From: Pocillopora damicornis
Taxonomy: Eukaryota
Reading direction: 5' to 3'
DNA: 64,000 nt
Assembly: GCF_003704095.1 (NCBI RefSeq)
Contig: NW_020846500.1
Location: forward strand, 186,001 to 250,000
The notes under the pieces were generated by a model. The model did no database searches and had not been told where the DNA came from. It worked only from the letters and a program-made list of their open reading frames with translations. This document shows positions 1 through 12,965 of this stretch, in pieces (positions within the stretch are counted from its first letter, which is position 1; every line of letters starts with the position of its first letter). The translations under genes were made by a program, and so were the position numbers.

Positions 1-2203
1 GTCAAAAAGCACAACTTTGTGATGCAGTTGCTTTTAACCGAAAAAAATGAGTCTTTCACTTTTGTATGCGTCTGTCCTGAGTTGTAAGATTCATTATCTA
101 GATCATGTGTATGCGTCCAGTAAGACAGAATATGAATTTTCCACCGTGGTGTAGAGGCAGTTAAAAAAAAAAGACAACGTCCTTTTCACTCACAGGAATG
201 TGAAAATTGAAAAATAATAACAATGCTGTAAAGCTATCATAGGCAGTAAGAACGGGTGAAGAAAAATCGTTCGGCAACTTCAGCAGCATGCAAAAAAAGG
301 ATGTTGTTATCCTTTACTTACTTGTCTTGCTGCAAGTCCAACTTGTTTTGTTAATAACGATTCTTCCACGACAATTCAAAATAGTAAAGCCATTTTAAAA
401 TGTAAAACCGAAGGGCACATCCTTTTCTATTTTCTGTTTGATATTTCCTTTATTGACCGATAAGTTGGGAAATATCTGTGAATAGCAGGTGGCAAGCTGC
501 AGACCAATGTTATTGGACCGCTCAAAACCTCAAATATTCCATGAATAGTTCTGATCAGCGTCATCGAGAAGAAACGCTTTGGATCGGGTTTATGACTACT
601 GAATGACGCGAATCTCAGTACGTTGTGTGGCAAAACTGATCAGAGACTCTGAATGATTTGTGGGAAAATTAATATAATTGTGTGCTATTCGCGGAATAGT
701 GATTTCACTCTAAAACAATTTAATATTTCGTCTTTGGTCATGACGAATGAAAGGAACGCTTAGCTATATATCTGACTTCAGCCGCAAATAGTGCTTCTTG
801 TTGCGTACTTGGTAGATGTGCCGACATCGTTAAGTGAACTTACAAGTGATTTTCCGTGCCAAGATGTGCGTTTTGCTTACAGAAAGCTGTCAATGTTTTC
901 GTTTGTGTGCTTAATGGTAATGATCGAGGGATTAATATCTGCAGCGTTGCTAATGCTGGCCAAATCTAGCTCATCACAAAATAAAATGCACACATTCCTT
1001 CTCAAGATTCCAATTTTACCTTAGGGGGTCATTCGCTCTCAGTTTATTTCTAGTTTGAAATGTAAATGATGGCACCTTCTAAGGTAAATAAAAAAGGAAA
1101 TGATAAGACAAAAGGAGAGAGTAGTTGTATTGTCTATATAGCATTCCACACTTAAAAGATGTAAAATCAGCCGTAACGGTTATTCGATAATCCAATTCTT
1201 TCTTTACGATTATTAACTTTCTTACCTCTCTTTACACAAGTGCACCCCCTTTGATTCAATTGGCATTTCTTTCAAATATTATGTATTTGATAGCCAAACA
1301 TACAGATAACCAGGGTGAAAAAAATATTCAAATAGGAATCAAACTGGTTATATCATATTTTCCAAATATAATCCTAACTTTGTTAACTTTTGAAATGATG
1401 TTGAACAGAAACGTGAGGCTGAAAGGCATAAACTAATATGCACAAACTGATCTTTCTCTGACCTTCCAGCTCATCGTTAATTATTTTCACAGTACGTAAG
1501 AGAAGTGCAAAAACAAGGAAATCACATGATAAAAACAGCAGTTCACCAGATAAGTAAGAATTTATTCCTCCTCAAAACAAAATACACTGTATTTACTCAC
1601 CCTAAGATATACTTCTTTTCGCAATTGTAAATCTACCACGAAATGATGACCTTAAATAATGTTTCTATTCAAACCTAACGATTCCGAAAGAATCATTCAA
1701 AACAGCTTACGAATATCGTGCAGAGTACTGTACGTGTAGATGCAATCGCATGCAAAAACATGTTCGTGGATTTGCAACATTGTGTTCTCGGATCAAATAA
1801 TTTACGTTTCCTTTTTAGAATCAGCTGAAAATGATTTGTTATGTCGCCTGAGCGGCTCGGTTTTTTTTTTTTTCAATTTTTATCTTCCTTGACCTCTTAA
1901 AATTGATTACTTGATGCTACCAGTACGTTTCCGCCTGAGACGGAAAAACCCTATTTTACGAGTACCTGTGTAGAGCAAAAGGCTTCAGTTAAAAGTTTAA
2001 ACCCTATGAGATTGACTCCAATATTTACCAGTGCAATACCGAAAGACAGGCCTAACCAAGCGAATATAATGCTCCTTTTGTATCGTTTCTCATTCATTTC
2101 TGTTTGTGTCAATTAAGGAATTGTTTCCAAACATAAGCTGCCACCACTGGAGTAGGGGCCAGCAATTAATCACTACATGTACAATCACGTAGGTCATATT
2201 AAT

Positions 2204-5200
2204 CTACAGTTCCCCAGTCGAAGACAACACATCATAATGTTGTTGACTTCGTGCTTCCCCACTGTGCTGCATTCTGTGAGGATTTCTATCGCTGTGGTAC
2301 AATTCTCTCTCCCGCAGATCGCGTGAACGTCTCTCAAAGTGAGCTGATCTCTGAGGAAATAACAGCAAACATACAATTATGTTTTACGGCAATGTAATGA
2401 AGTATGGCGAGAGCGAAATACTTACTCTTTGTGATCCCCCAGGTTGTATCGTTGCGATAAAATTCATCCTCGTCCGCCACTCGCTCCTCTCTTTTTCGAA
2501 CTGCTCCTCCATCTCTTCTCTTTCCCTTTCAAATTCTGCTTTCACCTTGCTTTTTTCTTGGCGGGCTTTGGTCTTCATTTGGGAAAGATCGACATGGAGC
2601 TTTTCGATCTCTTCCTCCATTTCTCTCATTCTGCCTTCGTGATGTTCCTTTTCTCTCCTTATCTGCTCCTGGTATTCATTGTCCAACTTCGCCAAGACTT
2701 GTGCATTATTTTCCATTGATAACGGAACACTGACGTTTGCGCGACCTTCTCTGTTAGACATTTGACTTTGTAGTTGTTTCCTGTGCTCTCGCAGCCGTGC
2801 TATCTCTTGGCGGAGACCTTGTAGTGTGCTTTCAATGTTTTCTTTTTCCTTTTGCAGTTTGCGCCTATAATCCTCTTCCATGGTGGCCTCCATGTCCTTC
2901 TTAGCTTCTGCAAGAGAGTTAGCCTCAGAGGTAGCGTTTGCCAGCCGTTTCTCAAGCTCTGCTTTTTCCGCTTTAAACTTCAGTTTCATTTGTTTCATCC
3001 TTGCTTCAAAATCTCCGCGTAGTTCTTCCCTTAAAATTTCAGATTTTGCATTTTCACTCTTCACTTTTTCTATCCATTCTTCTTCGATTTGATTAATTGT
3101 GTCAAGTTTACACTTTTCCCATATCTGCCTCATCTCTTTCTTTTCATTTTCAAAAGCTTCCTCCATTTCTGCTTTGTCTTTTTTCTGTTTCTTTTTTAGA
3201 TCCTTCTTTTCCTGTTTTCCTTTTTCAAGCTCTTTCGTTAATGCCTGCATCGTGGCCTCCAATACATTCTTTTCTCTTTCGAATCTTCTTTTCATTTCAT
3301 TCCTTTCACTCTGCATTTCTTTTACCTTAGTTTTCATTTGTGCAAGTGCCGTGTTGTATTTTTCTTCCGTTTTCTTTGCTATGTCTTTTTGCTCTTGTAC
3401 TTTCTGAGAAACGAGATCTTGTATTTTGTTTTCAAGACCAGTGCTCCTAGAAGACAAATTATTCGAAAAATCTTGTTTTATTTTCTCTTCCAGCTCTTTT
3501 TTCTCCTTTTTAAATCTTTCGGCTAGTTCTGCCTCCTCTTTCTCGTGTTTTCGTCGGATATCGTCTAAGTGGTCTTCATAGTATTTCTTGTTTTCTTCCA
3601 TTCTTCTTTTGAAATCCTCTTTCAGTGCCTCCTCGAGCTTCTGCGTTTCCTCTCGCTGTCTTTTTTCCAAATCAGTTTTTTGTTTTTCGTACTGCTTATG
3701 AATTTGAGCTAGTTTCTGTTCAAGTTTCTGCTTCTCGTTTTGAAGACCTTTTATCTTGTCATTTGCCTCGGCAATATCTCTTATGGCATAATTTTCGTCC
3801 TCGCTATAACCTTCCTGAGGTGCTTGGTCATAGAAGAGGTCTATTTGTAGATCTTGATAACTACTAATGGCGTCTGGTGGTGATCTTGCATTTCTTTCAA
3901 TTTCTATAATGCGTTGTTCCAACTTGGCTTTTTCTTTCTCAAATCGAGACTTCATGGCCTCCTTCTGGCGTTGAAACTCATCTGCCAACTTCCTTCGTTC
4001 ATCTTCATTCTTCTGCAGGTCGTCTTCGTATCTGGACACAGCACTTCGGAGCATCTGTTCCCATTCCTCAGTTACCCTTCGAACAGCTCCAGCGTTGTTA
4101 TTCAACTCATCCTGCAGTTGTCGGTACCTTTCTCGTTCTTTAGCCAGCTCCGAATTATGCCTTTCAACGAGTTCTTTCGTGTCGTTCACATATTTCTCCT
4201 CTGCTGCCCTTTTTGCGTCTTTAAGAGTCCTTATATCGCATTGGAGATCTTCTATTTCATTGTCCAGTTTCTTGCCTCTTGCCTTTTGCTCTTCCAGACG
4301 TCTTTCAGTTTCATCGATTGCGTTTTTCTTGTCCAGTTCCATAGATGATGTTAATTTGGACTTCTCATCGGCAAACTCTTCCTCCATCATTTTGATCTTC
4401 TTTGTTAGCCGTTCAACTTCGTCGCTGAGATAGGCATTATTCCCTTCTACTTTATTCAGATTTTTAGTGATATCATCGATTTCTTCAATCATGTCGTCCA
4501 GTTTCTTTTGCATTTCGCTTCGCTTCTTTGTGTTTCGAGCAATTTCTTCTTGTAGCTCTTCGTTTTTATCCTCGAGTTCTCTCATCTTAGTCACATCTCT
4601 ACCTACCCTCTCTATCTTTTCCTTCAAATTGATGTTCTCTTCTTCTATCTCTTTATTTCTTCGCTTCATAATGCTGTTGTATTTTGTTACTTCCAAGACT
4701 TTCTTCTGCAGTCTGTTGGTGTCACCGCTGTTATCTTCTGTGAGTGTGGTACTATTCCATGACCGTTCTTCACTTTTAGCGCGGCCTTCATTCATGTCTG
4801 AAACAATGTTATCCCTCTCTGGCTCGTTATACTGCTTTTCTTGTATAGTGCTCTCTAAAAGACCTTCTGGTTCCATGTCATTGAAAGCACCCTCAAAAAT
4901 ACCCGACTCCGTCGTGCTTTCCATTACAGAAGCGATCGTTTCTCTTGGAATATCTGCCATTCTTCTAATTAGCTGTTCATTTCTTTTCCTCTCCTCATCC
5001 AGTTCAGCCTTCAGTCGCCAGTTTTCGTTCTCTCGTCCTGCAATTATTCTTGCCTTCTCAGTTTCAACCGATTCTCTTAACAGTTCTTTTTCTTTGGCGT
5101 GCTTCTCCGAATCTTCAAGCATTTTACTTTTCAGCTGCATTAAGTCTTGTAGTAGAGCTTCGACATTTCGACTGAGCTTGTTTTTTTCCTCTGTTTCTTT

Positions 5201-7684
5201 TCTCAAGCGTTCTTGCAAGTCCTCCATTTTTCGACGAGTCTTGGCTTCCACCTCCAGTTCTTGTTTTTGTAGTTTTTCAACTCGATTATTCATGTCATGG
5301 ATTTCTTTTTCAAAGCTGTTGTTGCACTTCTTCAGATTGACAATAACCGACTCAAGTTTTTCTTTCTTAAAAACTTCTTGTTCTAATTTAGACTCGAGCT
5401 TGCTTACTTTTTCTGTAAACTTAGCTTTGATATCCACCATCTTAATGTCATTCTGACTCAATAATTTGGCTTTCTCTTTGTTCTTATTTTCTGCCTTTTT
5501 CAGGTTGTCTTTCAGGATTTCCATTTCTTCCTCTAAGTCAAATTTCATCTCTTCCATCAATCTCTCCTGATCCTTCAGCATCCGTTCCTTCTCCCTTAAT
5601 GCTGTTTCTAACTTAAGCTTTTCCTTTTCTAGCTTCACGTATTCTTCTTTGGGAACATATTTGTCCAAATTCTCAACGAAGTCGTTGAGTGGATCACTCA
5701 TGGGGGCGTCTTGCAGGTGGTCTATTATTTCACTTAATTTCTCATTTTCTTTCGCCAAGATGGCGATATCTAAAGCGTAGCCATTTTTCCCGGGAGAGCA
5801 GCCATTATTATCATCACTTAGGGAGGCAATTCCCGGTTCTTTTGAGCTTTCAAAACTCTTTACTCCAAGACTTGAAGTCGTAACTTTTCCTTGTGTATTT
5901 CCTCGTTTTAGCCGTTGGTTTTCTTGTTTTAAATTCCTTATTTCGTCCTCGAGTTGAGAGGACTTTAAATTGAATCTTTCCTCGAGGAAATCCCTTTCTA
6001 TTTTGTCCTGCCTATATCTTCGTTCAAAGATCGCTTTTTCTCTCTCAATCTGTCGTATTTTTGCCTGGTTATCCCTCTTCTCTCGCAACATCTCATTGAT
6101 CCTTGCGTCGCTTAAGTCTTTGTCCGCCATCCACTTGCTGGTCTGCAATTTATGGTCGGTACCTGTTCCGTACGGGTACGAATGAAAATCATCAATTTCA
6201 TCTGAAGTTTCGCTGACGGTGTCGGTGAATCCATCGGGGTTATCGTTCCTAAGCTGGCTCATGGCCTCTTTCAGGATCCTGTTTTCTTGAAGTATGTTTG
6301 ACATGTCGCGACCGTCATCGGAAAATATCGATGATAAGTCATCGTCACCATAGAAACCGCCTGAAACTCTATCGTTTGCAAGGAAGTCGTCTTCCAAATA
6401 AGACTCGTAAGTGGCCCTCTCCTTTGAATGACTATCTTGTACCTCATCTCGCGCAAGATCGCCTTCATCGTCGTGTATTTCAGAATGCAATGAAACATTG
6501 TCCATTTCCGACCTTTTCTCCTCATCTTTAATTCCATCTCGTTCAACCGCTTCTGGAATTGATCGGTTTTCCTCATCGTCATAATTCTCCTGTCCTTCCT
6601 GAAAACCACTTTCCCGGCCTTCGACGTCATCAAAGTGTTCTGTGGTCCCTTCGCTTCCCTCGCCATCAATATGTGAAGGTGCATCCTCCACTTCACTAGT
6701 ATTGTTTACCTGAGCGTTTTGTTCGAAGTTGTTATCATGTTGTTGCAAATACCTGTCAGGATTATCGGTTACAATCTCTTCGATTATGCTACGGTCTTCA
6801 TTCTCCTCGTCATCCTCTTGGTCGTTATAGGAGTTTGAATCTTTTTTTTCTAAGGTGCTGTTTTCCACGATTTTGGAGGTTTCAGATTTTTGAAATTCAT
6901 CCTTACTCTCATCAAGATTATCAGTTACAATCTCCTTTTCGACTATGCTACGGTCTTCATTCTCCTGGTCGTCATGGAAGTTTGAATCTTTTTTTTCTAA
7001 GATGCTATCTTCCACCATTTTGAAGGTTTCAGATTTTTGAAATTCATCCATACTCTCATCCAACTCTATTGGCATTACCGAGATATCTTCTTCTTCTTCT
7101 TGTTTTTGTTGATGATTTTTGTCTGCCACATCCTCATGCTCAGTTAGTAAATAGGTGTCCTGTAGATCCCTGCCTGAAGTAGTAGGCAAATCTTCCTCCA
7201 ATACAGAACCCTGAGGTTTAGATTCGAGCTCATTTGACGATTCTGGGTCAGTTGTGCCAGATATTTTCTCTTCCACTGAAAATCCGTCTGTTTCTTGTCT
7301 TGAATCCTTTTCATCTCCATCGATCTCCGCTGCTGACATTTCATGGTCGAGCAAGCCACCGGTGGCCAAGTCAGCATCATTTTCTACAAACGCTGTCGCA
7401 ACATCATCCTCGAGACCTTTAATGGTGTCTTGATCTCCACCTCTGGGTATCTCTAGTTGTGCGCAATCTGTATCCTGTTTTCCTTCTTCAGGATCACTGT
7501 CATTTTCTAATTCATCAGGTTCTTTGTAAGCTGATTCTTTGTCTTCTGGCAGTGCTTCGTTTACTTCCTTGCCTGAGGTTGCATCATCTCCATCGCTTTC
7601 TGTAATATTGGTTTTTTCTGTCGCGACTGAAGTAAAAGAGTCATTCTCCTTTTCAGTAAATCCCTCTTCGGCTGGTTCATCCAT
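2204..7684 (-). CDS. Giant coiled-coil protein A (~1801 aa): ~520-aa D/E-rich disordered head plus a segmented heptad/hendecad rod; 2 coding exons (7684-2426, 2350-2204)
   Basis: 1766-codon ORF. Phase-0 donor CAAAGA|GTAAGT after 2426 and acceptor TTATTTCCTCAG| before 2350 give an in-frame exon 2, RSAHFERRSRDLRERELYHSDRNPHRMQHSGEARSQQHYDVLSSTGEL*. E/K/R/L-rich helical composition; no signal peptide or TM segment. Confidence 0.85.
6755..7060 (-). repeat. Two-copy ~147-nt (49-aa) coding tandem repeat in the acidic head of protein A
   Basis: DESMDEFQKSETFKMVEDSILEKKDSNFHDDQENEDRSIVEKEIVTDNL is followed by DESKDEFQKSETSKIVENSTLEKKDSNSYNDQEDDEENEDRSIIEEIVTDNP; the copies are also near-identical at DNA level. 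Confidence 0.9.
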
Positions 7685-10346
7685 TTAATCAAGGAAAGAC
7701 GTGTTCCAAATTACAGTCAAGCCCAGAAAATTATTGTCAAGCCCAAAATTTAAACTGGTAGTCGTTACTGAAGTTCAGTAATGATTACCGCCGAAAAGAT
7801 ACTCGAGTTTCTTGTTTCTCAATAATGGCAACTTATTCGCAGTACAGAACCAGCAAATGGCAGGGATCCGTGCTTGAGAACTTGCTCAAACTTCTGTTTC
7901 GTCCAGAAATTTCGAACTTTGTTTGGCATAGCTTCGTTTTGTATACAACCCAAAATACCTTTGCATCGCGTTGACGATGTGCCAAGCGCTTTGAAAAGGA
8001 TTTCAAATAATTTATTCCTTTGCAATGAAAAGTATTTTTCTACATAATCCGCGTAATAGTGCTAAACGTGCCATGAAAATTGAGTTCATGGGATGATATC
8101 CAGAAATTACCAATTTCTTGAATAATAAGTATAGGGATGAAAACAGCCACCAGACGAGCAAACACCTCCCTTGCCAAACGTTTGCATGTCAAATATCGCG
8201 TTATTATTCCTAACCATATCCGAGTGCATTTCGCAATGTAGAATTTAGCTTAACGTACCTAATCTTATGAAGTATTTGTCAGTCGAATTCTATTTTGGGT
8301 CCATGCAGAAAAAGTATCTCTGTATATACCTTTAGACTTTGTTTTCGTTTTTTCACAAGCCAAATTCTTGAAACCTCAAAACCGCAATTTTTCATTTGTA
8401 TGCATTTGTAATTTGTATGCACCAATTTGTGAGTGAAACCTGTTGTTTTTGCAGACAACTGACTTTCTTGTAATTCGGTATTTTTCTAAAGTAAAATATA
8501 TTTTCTTTTAATGAATTTCCAAGCTGTTGCCGCTGAATCTTTTGCTAGAGCTTCAAAAGAACTTTCGAAATCACTAGCACACACTTTAGGTCACTTTTTG
8601 AAAGGCAGGAAACCATTGCTTATTGCTGGTGGCAAAATCCGAAAACAGAACACCTCCTTTAACGATACCATAATGTGGTGCAGACTAAAAACATTGTTCG
8701 AGAATATCCTTAGTTACTTGACCAAAACCTGGTAAAATTGTATTTTGGCTCATTTCTGATGACTGATGTTAACTTGTTAGTTTTCGTCGTTGATCAGTCT
8801 AATGGATCTCATTACTATCTCATGAAAAAGTGTATTTTTATATATATATATATATATTTTTTTTTTTTGTTTAATTTACGGGCTAAATATCCTTTTATCT
8901 CTCTTGGAAATGTTCACGGCAATAGTCCTAAAGTAGAGATAACCCTGTTCATATTTTCGCGTTTGCTTTATGCGCTCCAATTCAGTTATTTCTGATATTC
9001 TATCTTAGCTCATACCTGTAGGAAAAGCTGTGATTCGTACATCTCTTTTTACTACTATCAATATGACCATTTCTGCTCAAGACTGAGGCATATTTCTAGC
9101 TCTAATACAAGCAAAGTCACAAGCTTTGGACTCATTGTTTACTTTTAATTTATCGCAGGCGGGAGTGGGGGTGTGACACTTAATTTTTTTTTTGTTTTAT
9201 AAACAAAGAAGAGTTAAATTGTACTCACTTTTGCATAAAAAATGAATTATTGAAATGATATTTCTGCAGATTTTTTTTTTTAATAACTTCGAAATAAGTT
9301 CTCGTTATCGATTCCATAAATTCAGTTTTGTTTTCGGCTGACTTTGCGACTGACCCCAGGTATATAACCAATGAACGCGATTGAGAAGGGAATTACACAT
9401 GCTGAAGTCGACAGAATAAATTGGCCATTATCCGAGAGCCAATCAGAAACCAAATACTCCTTTCTTGAAAAGCGTAATTCAAGATGTCTTATTCTTGTTA
9501 TGTCAAAGGGTTTTCTTAAGTGCTTTGAAAATAATTTTCATTTGGTCGAATGCAAATGCCTTCACTGCCTTTCTTCTACGCTCAAAAATGTCAAAAAAAA
9601 TACCAGCCGACGTTTTGAAAAGAATGGTATCAAAGAAATTTTCCTTGTTTCTTACACTTGTTAATAATTTATACCAATACATACTGAAAACGCCTACGAC
9701 AGTTTTTTTAACTTACAAAATGAAAACATAGGCGCCGAAGCTGGTACACGTAGTTTTTGCTTTCAGTAACTTTCCAAGTGATACTGTAAATTGCACCGGG
9801 AAATTGGTAAGCGATTCTTGCATAAGTGCCCGGGAAGAGGCCTCTAGAGGATGTGAGTTTTCAGTCTTCGTGCGGTGGGAAGATAGAGTGCGAGAAGCGT
9901 TCCTATAAGTGTTGATTACGCAAACATTAAATTAAAAACGTTAGAAGATACCACTTACAAAGAGTCACGTCACGCGTGTTCCGTATTCTATGGTCGACAT
10001 CCTGTCTATCAGGAATTCTCTGCACCTAAAACGTAAATGAAAATCAATTAGTTGTAAAAGAAAGCAGAAGAAAGTTGGCAAGGAAACTTGCTCCGCAGCG
10101 AATGATGAATACATGATAAAGTATTGCCACCATTCGGTGATAGGTTAAACAAAAGATTACGGAAATTGTGTTTTTCTGCCTGTTATTTTTCTTGATAGTT
10201 CCGTCTTTGAGTAAGATTAATTTGAAAGTAAGGTGGAAAATTAAATTCTCAAAGCTATGCTCGACTTCCTGCATTACTAAGAGTAATCCAGCGTATGGCA
10301 GGCAAGCATACACGTTGAGCAACAAATAGTTTTGATTAGATGTAAG

Positions 10347-10410
10347 CGACAGATCATGGGTTCAACTCATGTCGGACATACTCCAAGTTGCTTTCTTTGA
10401 GTATGCCGAC
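10347..10410 (+). mobile_element. Degenerate tRNA-derived SINE fragment
   Basis: B-box-like GGGTTCAACTC followed by TTTCTTTGAGTATGCC; a similar fragment lies at ~10560-10610. Recognised by pattern only. Confidence 0.3.
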
Positions 10411-11838
10411 TTCCCTTACAGTAAGAAATCATCCCCGTTACCTTCTTATCTCCATAATTGCGCAGAGGAATGACATCATTTTCCAATTCATATTAGTATG
10501 CAGAATGCAATCCAATGAACTTTAGTTCAAAGACCCGCCACTCTTATTAGAAGATCCTAAACTCGATTCCCGTAGCGATCACTTGGAATTTCTTTCCAGG
10601 ATATGGCAGTATACACTATTACTTGACTTTTACAGCACCCGTGCTCAGTCAATTTTCTTGTGTTCTCTTGGCAAGTCCACGTAACAGGATAGAAAACTTG
10701 CTGGGGTATAAATTTCCTTAAACCATTCTCATTTTCTTTGGCTAGTGTCCCTATGAAGTTGTCAGCATTAACAAATATCCCCCCTCCGCAATTTTTTCTG
10801 TGATATAATCAGCCTGTCTATTGTTGGACACGTCAACGACTTCCTTAGAAATAACTTGTCATACTTTTCTTTTATTTTTTTTTGTACACTTTGTCCCACG
10901 CGACAAGACAGGACGAAAAAAATCTTCTCTACTTCTCTTTTTATTCGCCAAGATTAACTTGTCAAGGAAAATGTTCTCACTGAATACTTCGCTCAAGTCG
11001 TGGCTCTTCTTCGCGTCTTATTAGCATGTAGCTTATCAAGAACTGGTGCGTTTGCGAATAAAAGTTGTCCTTACTAAATTGTTTTTAGAATATTAATGCT
11101 GTCTGAAATGGACAGGTGTTGTCAGCTGTATCAATATAGTTAAGATAGAGGGTCTCTTACCTAGATACTATCTCATGAGGAAGTTGCGCAAGAAACACCG
11201 ACAAGTATTTTTTGGGTTTTTCGTCTTACTTTATTCCAAATCTTAGTAGGTAAGTTTTCCTTGAGATGTATTATGCTCATTGGTGGAAAAAGTGAGGTTA
11301 TCGTCATTTTATCGTCGGGTTGTCGTCTCAGGTTATCGTCTCAACGTGAATATTGTTCGATTGAGAGAGGTTCCGCATATTCTACAGCTGTCTACGTATT
11401 CAGTCGTTCTTGAAACTGAATTTAACCTCAAAGAAAACTTTCCCCTAAATCTAGGCTTGATGATATGCGATGTACTTTCGTTTAAAAAAGCAACCTTTTT
11501 GTAGTAGTTAGAGAAATACGTCATCGATATAGATGCAAATTTGCTCTGTTATAAATTTTGCCCAGTGTTTAAGCATGCTAATTGCTTATCTTGGCTTGGT
11601 TAACGAGGCAGGCATTACCATGGAAACTCAGTGAGGCTAGTATCTTTTCTTAAAATACATTTCCAGTTTACTCAAACTAAACGAAAAGAACTGATATGGC
11701 TCTAAAAGGATATTCTCACCTTATCTGTTTTCAATTAAACCAACTCGAAATTTATGGCACGCAGTTAAATCTTCATTAAGCATTCTGATGGCTTAGTCAA
11801 AAGAAAATCATCAGCTTTTTTTAGAGTTTTAAAAAAAA

Positions 11839-11880
<42 letters not shown>
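11839..11880 (+). repeat. (AT)n(AG)n compound microsatellite
   Basis: Directly visible. Confidence 0.9.
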
Positions 11881-12781
11881 CACCATTGTCTAATAGCTTT
11901 AATTGTTAAAGATTTTCCATGTTACGCAAAATCTAAAAGCGAAAGTATCATAATCTATGATGTTTATTTGGCCTAACATTGACTAACATTTCATGAAAGC
12001 TCCGTCATACAGAGGAAAAGCGATAGCAAGATTAGCCGCCCATTTTTGCATGTCTTAAATAATTTAGCCGCTTTTTGTGAACGTGTTTCATTGTGAGCAT
12101 CAATAATGCATGCCACTTCAAGATGAACCAACACTAGAAGAACCTTAATTTCGCAGAACCAGTTTCAACTTCCTATCTGTCGATCACAAGAGAAGAAACT
12201 AAAGAAGAAGAGAAGAAGAAAACAATTCGATCTTCTCAGTCGCATTTCGATTAATCCCTCAAAAAACTAACAGTTCTTTAAAAAAAGACGGAACATGATC
12301 CTTCTTTAGGCGACGCTTGACCAGATGACGCCATCGCCTGAAAAAAGCCGACAAATGTATGGAAGTGACCGCAAACAAATAACCTATCGCTTTGCATGTT
12401 AAACTTCCCGATCAACTCTGTAAAAAAAATACTGAGGTTGATTACAAATGGATCTTTGGCGGTAGAATGTTTATCCATGAGTGTGTGTTTGGAAAAAACA
12501 GTTTATCCTCAAAATCTCAGACCGGGCTACGCAGGCTTAAGTAGGGACCAGGGAACAGAGAGCTTGAGAAGTAATAGACTCAAAATAGATGGTAAAACTG
12601 ATCCACGCTTTCGACGCAACAAAACAGACAAATTTGTTTTTCCCAATTTTTTTGATGCCATATGGTTGTTTGGTTTCTATATATAACAAGTGGTGTAATT
12701 TATTGGCGGCTATGTAGTGACATTTCACAAGTTCCCATCCGCGTGACCTCCCCTTTATTTAGGAAATATTAATTAGGCCTC

Positions 12782-12965
12782 TTAACCCTTCAGCCTCTAA
12801 GTAAGAGTGACTAACATCTAATTTCTCCTTGCAGTATCACCCCTGAATCAAACATTAAGGTCGTGAGAATAATGGAAATGATCAACAAGTACTGGAGCTC
12901 TTGATTGTTAAGCAAAATCTCCTTATCAGAACTTTAGGAAATGTATAGAAAAAAGTATGGAGAAT
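12782..12965 (+). mobile_element. Truncated TTAA-type (piggyBac-like) MITE
   Basis: Begins TTAACCCTT and carries AATTTCTCCTT/GGAGAAT internal motifs like the element at 55321-55533; the right terminus is missing. Confidence 0.5.

Noticed and set aside
2379-7422. Many plus-strand S/F/L-rich ORFs (e.g. 4467-5456, 329 aa) and the equivalent minus-strand ORFs inside 38289-40935
   Set aside because: Antisense shadows of E/K-rich coiled-coil codons; no independent coding signal.
2204-7684. Naming proteins A and B as myosin, trichohyalin, golgin, lamin or SMC
   Set aside because: No motor, ATPase, GRIP, lamin-tail or IF consensus motifs; the similarity would be compositional only.
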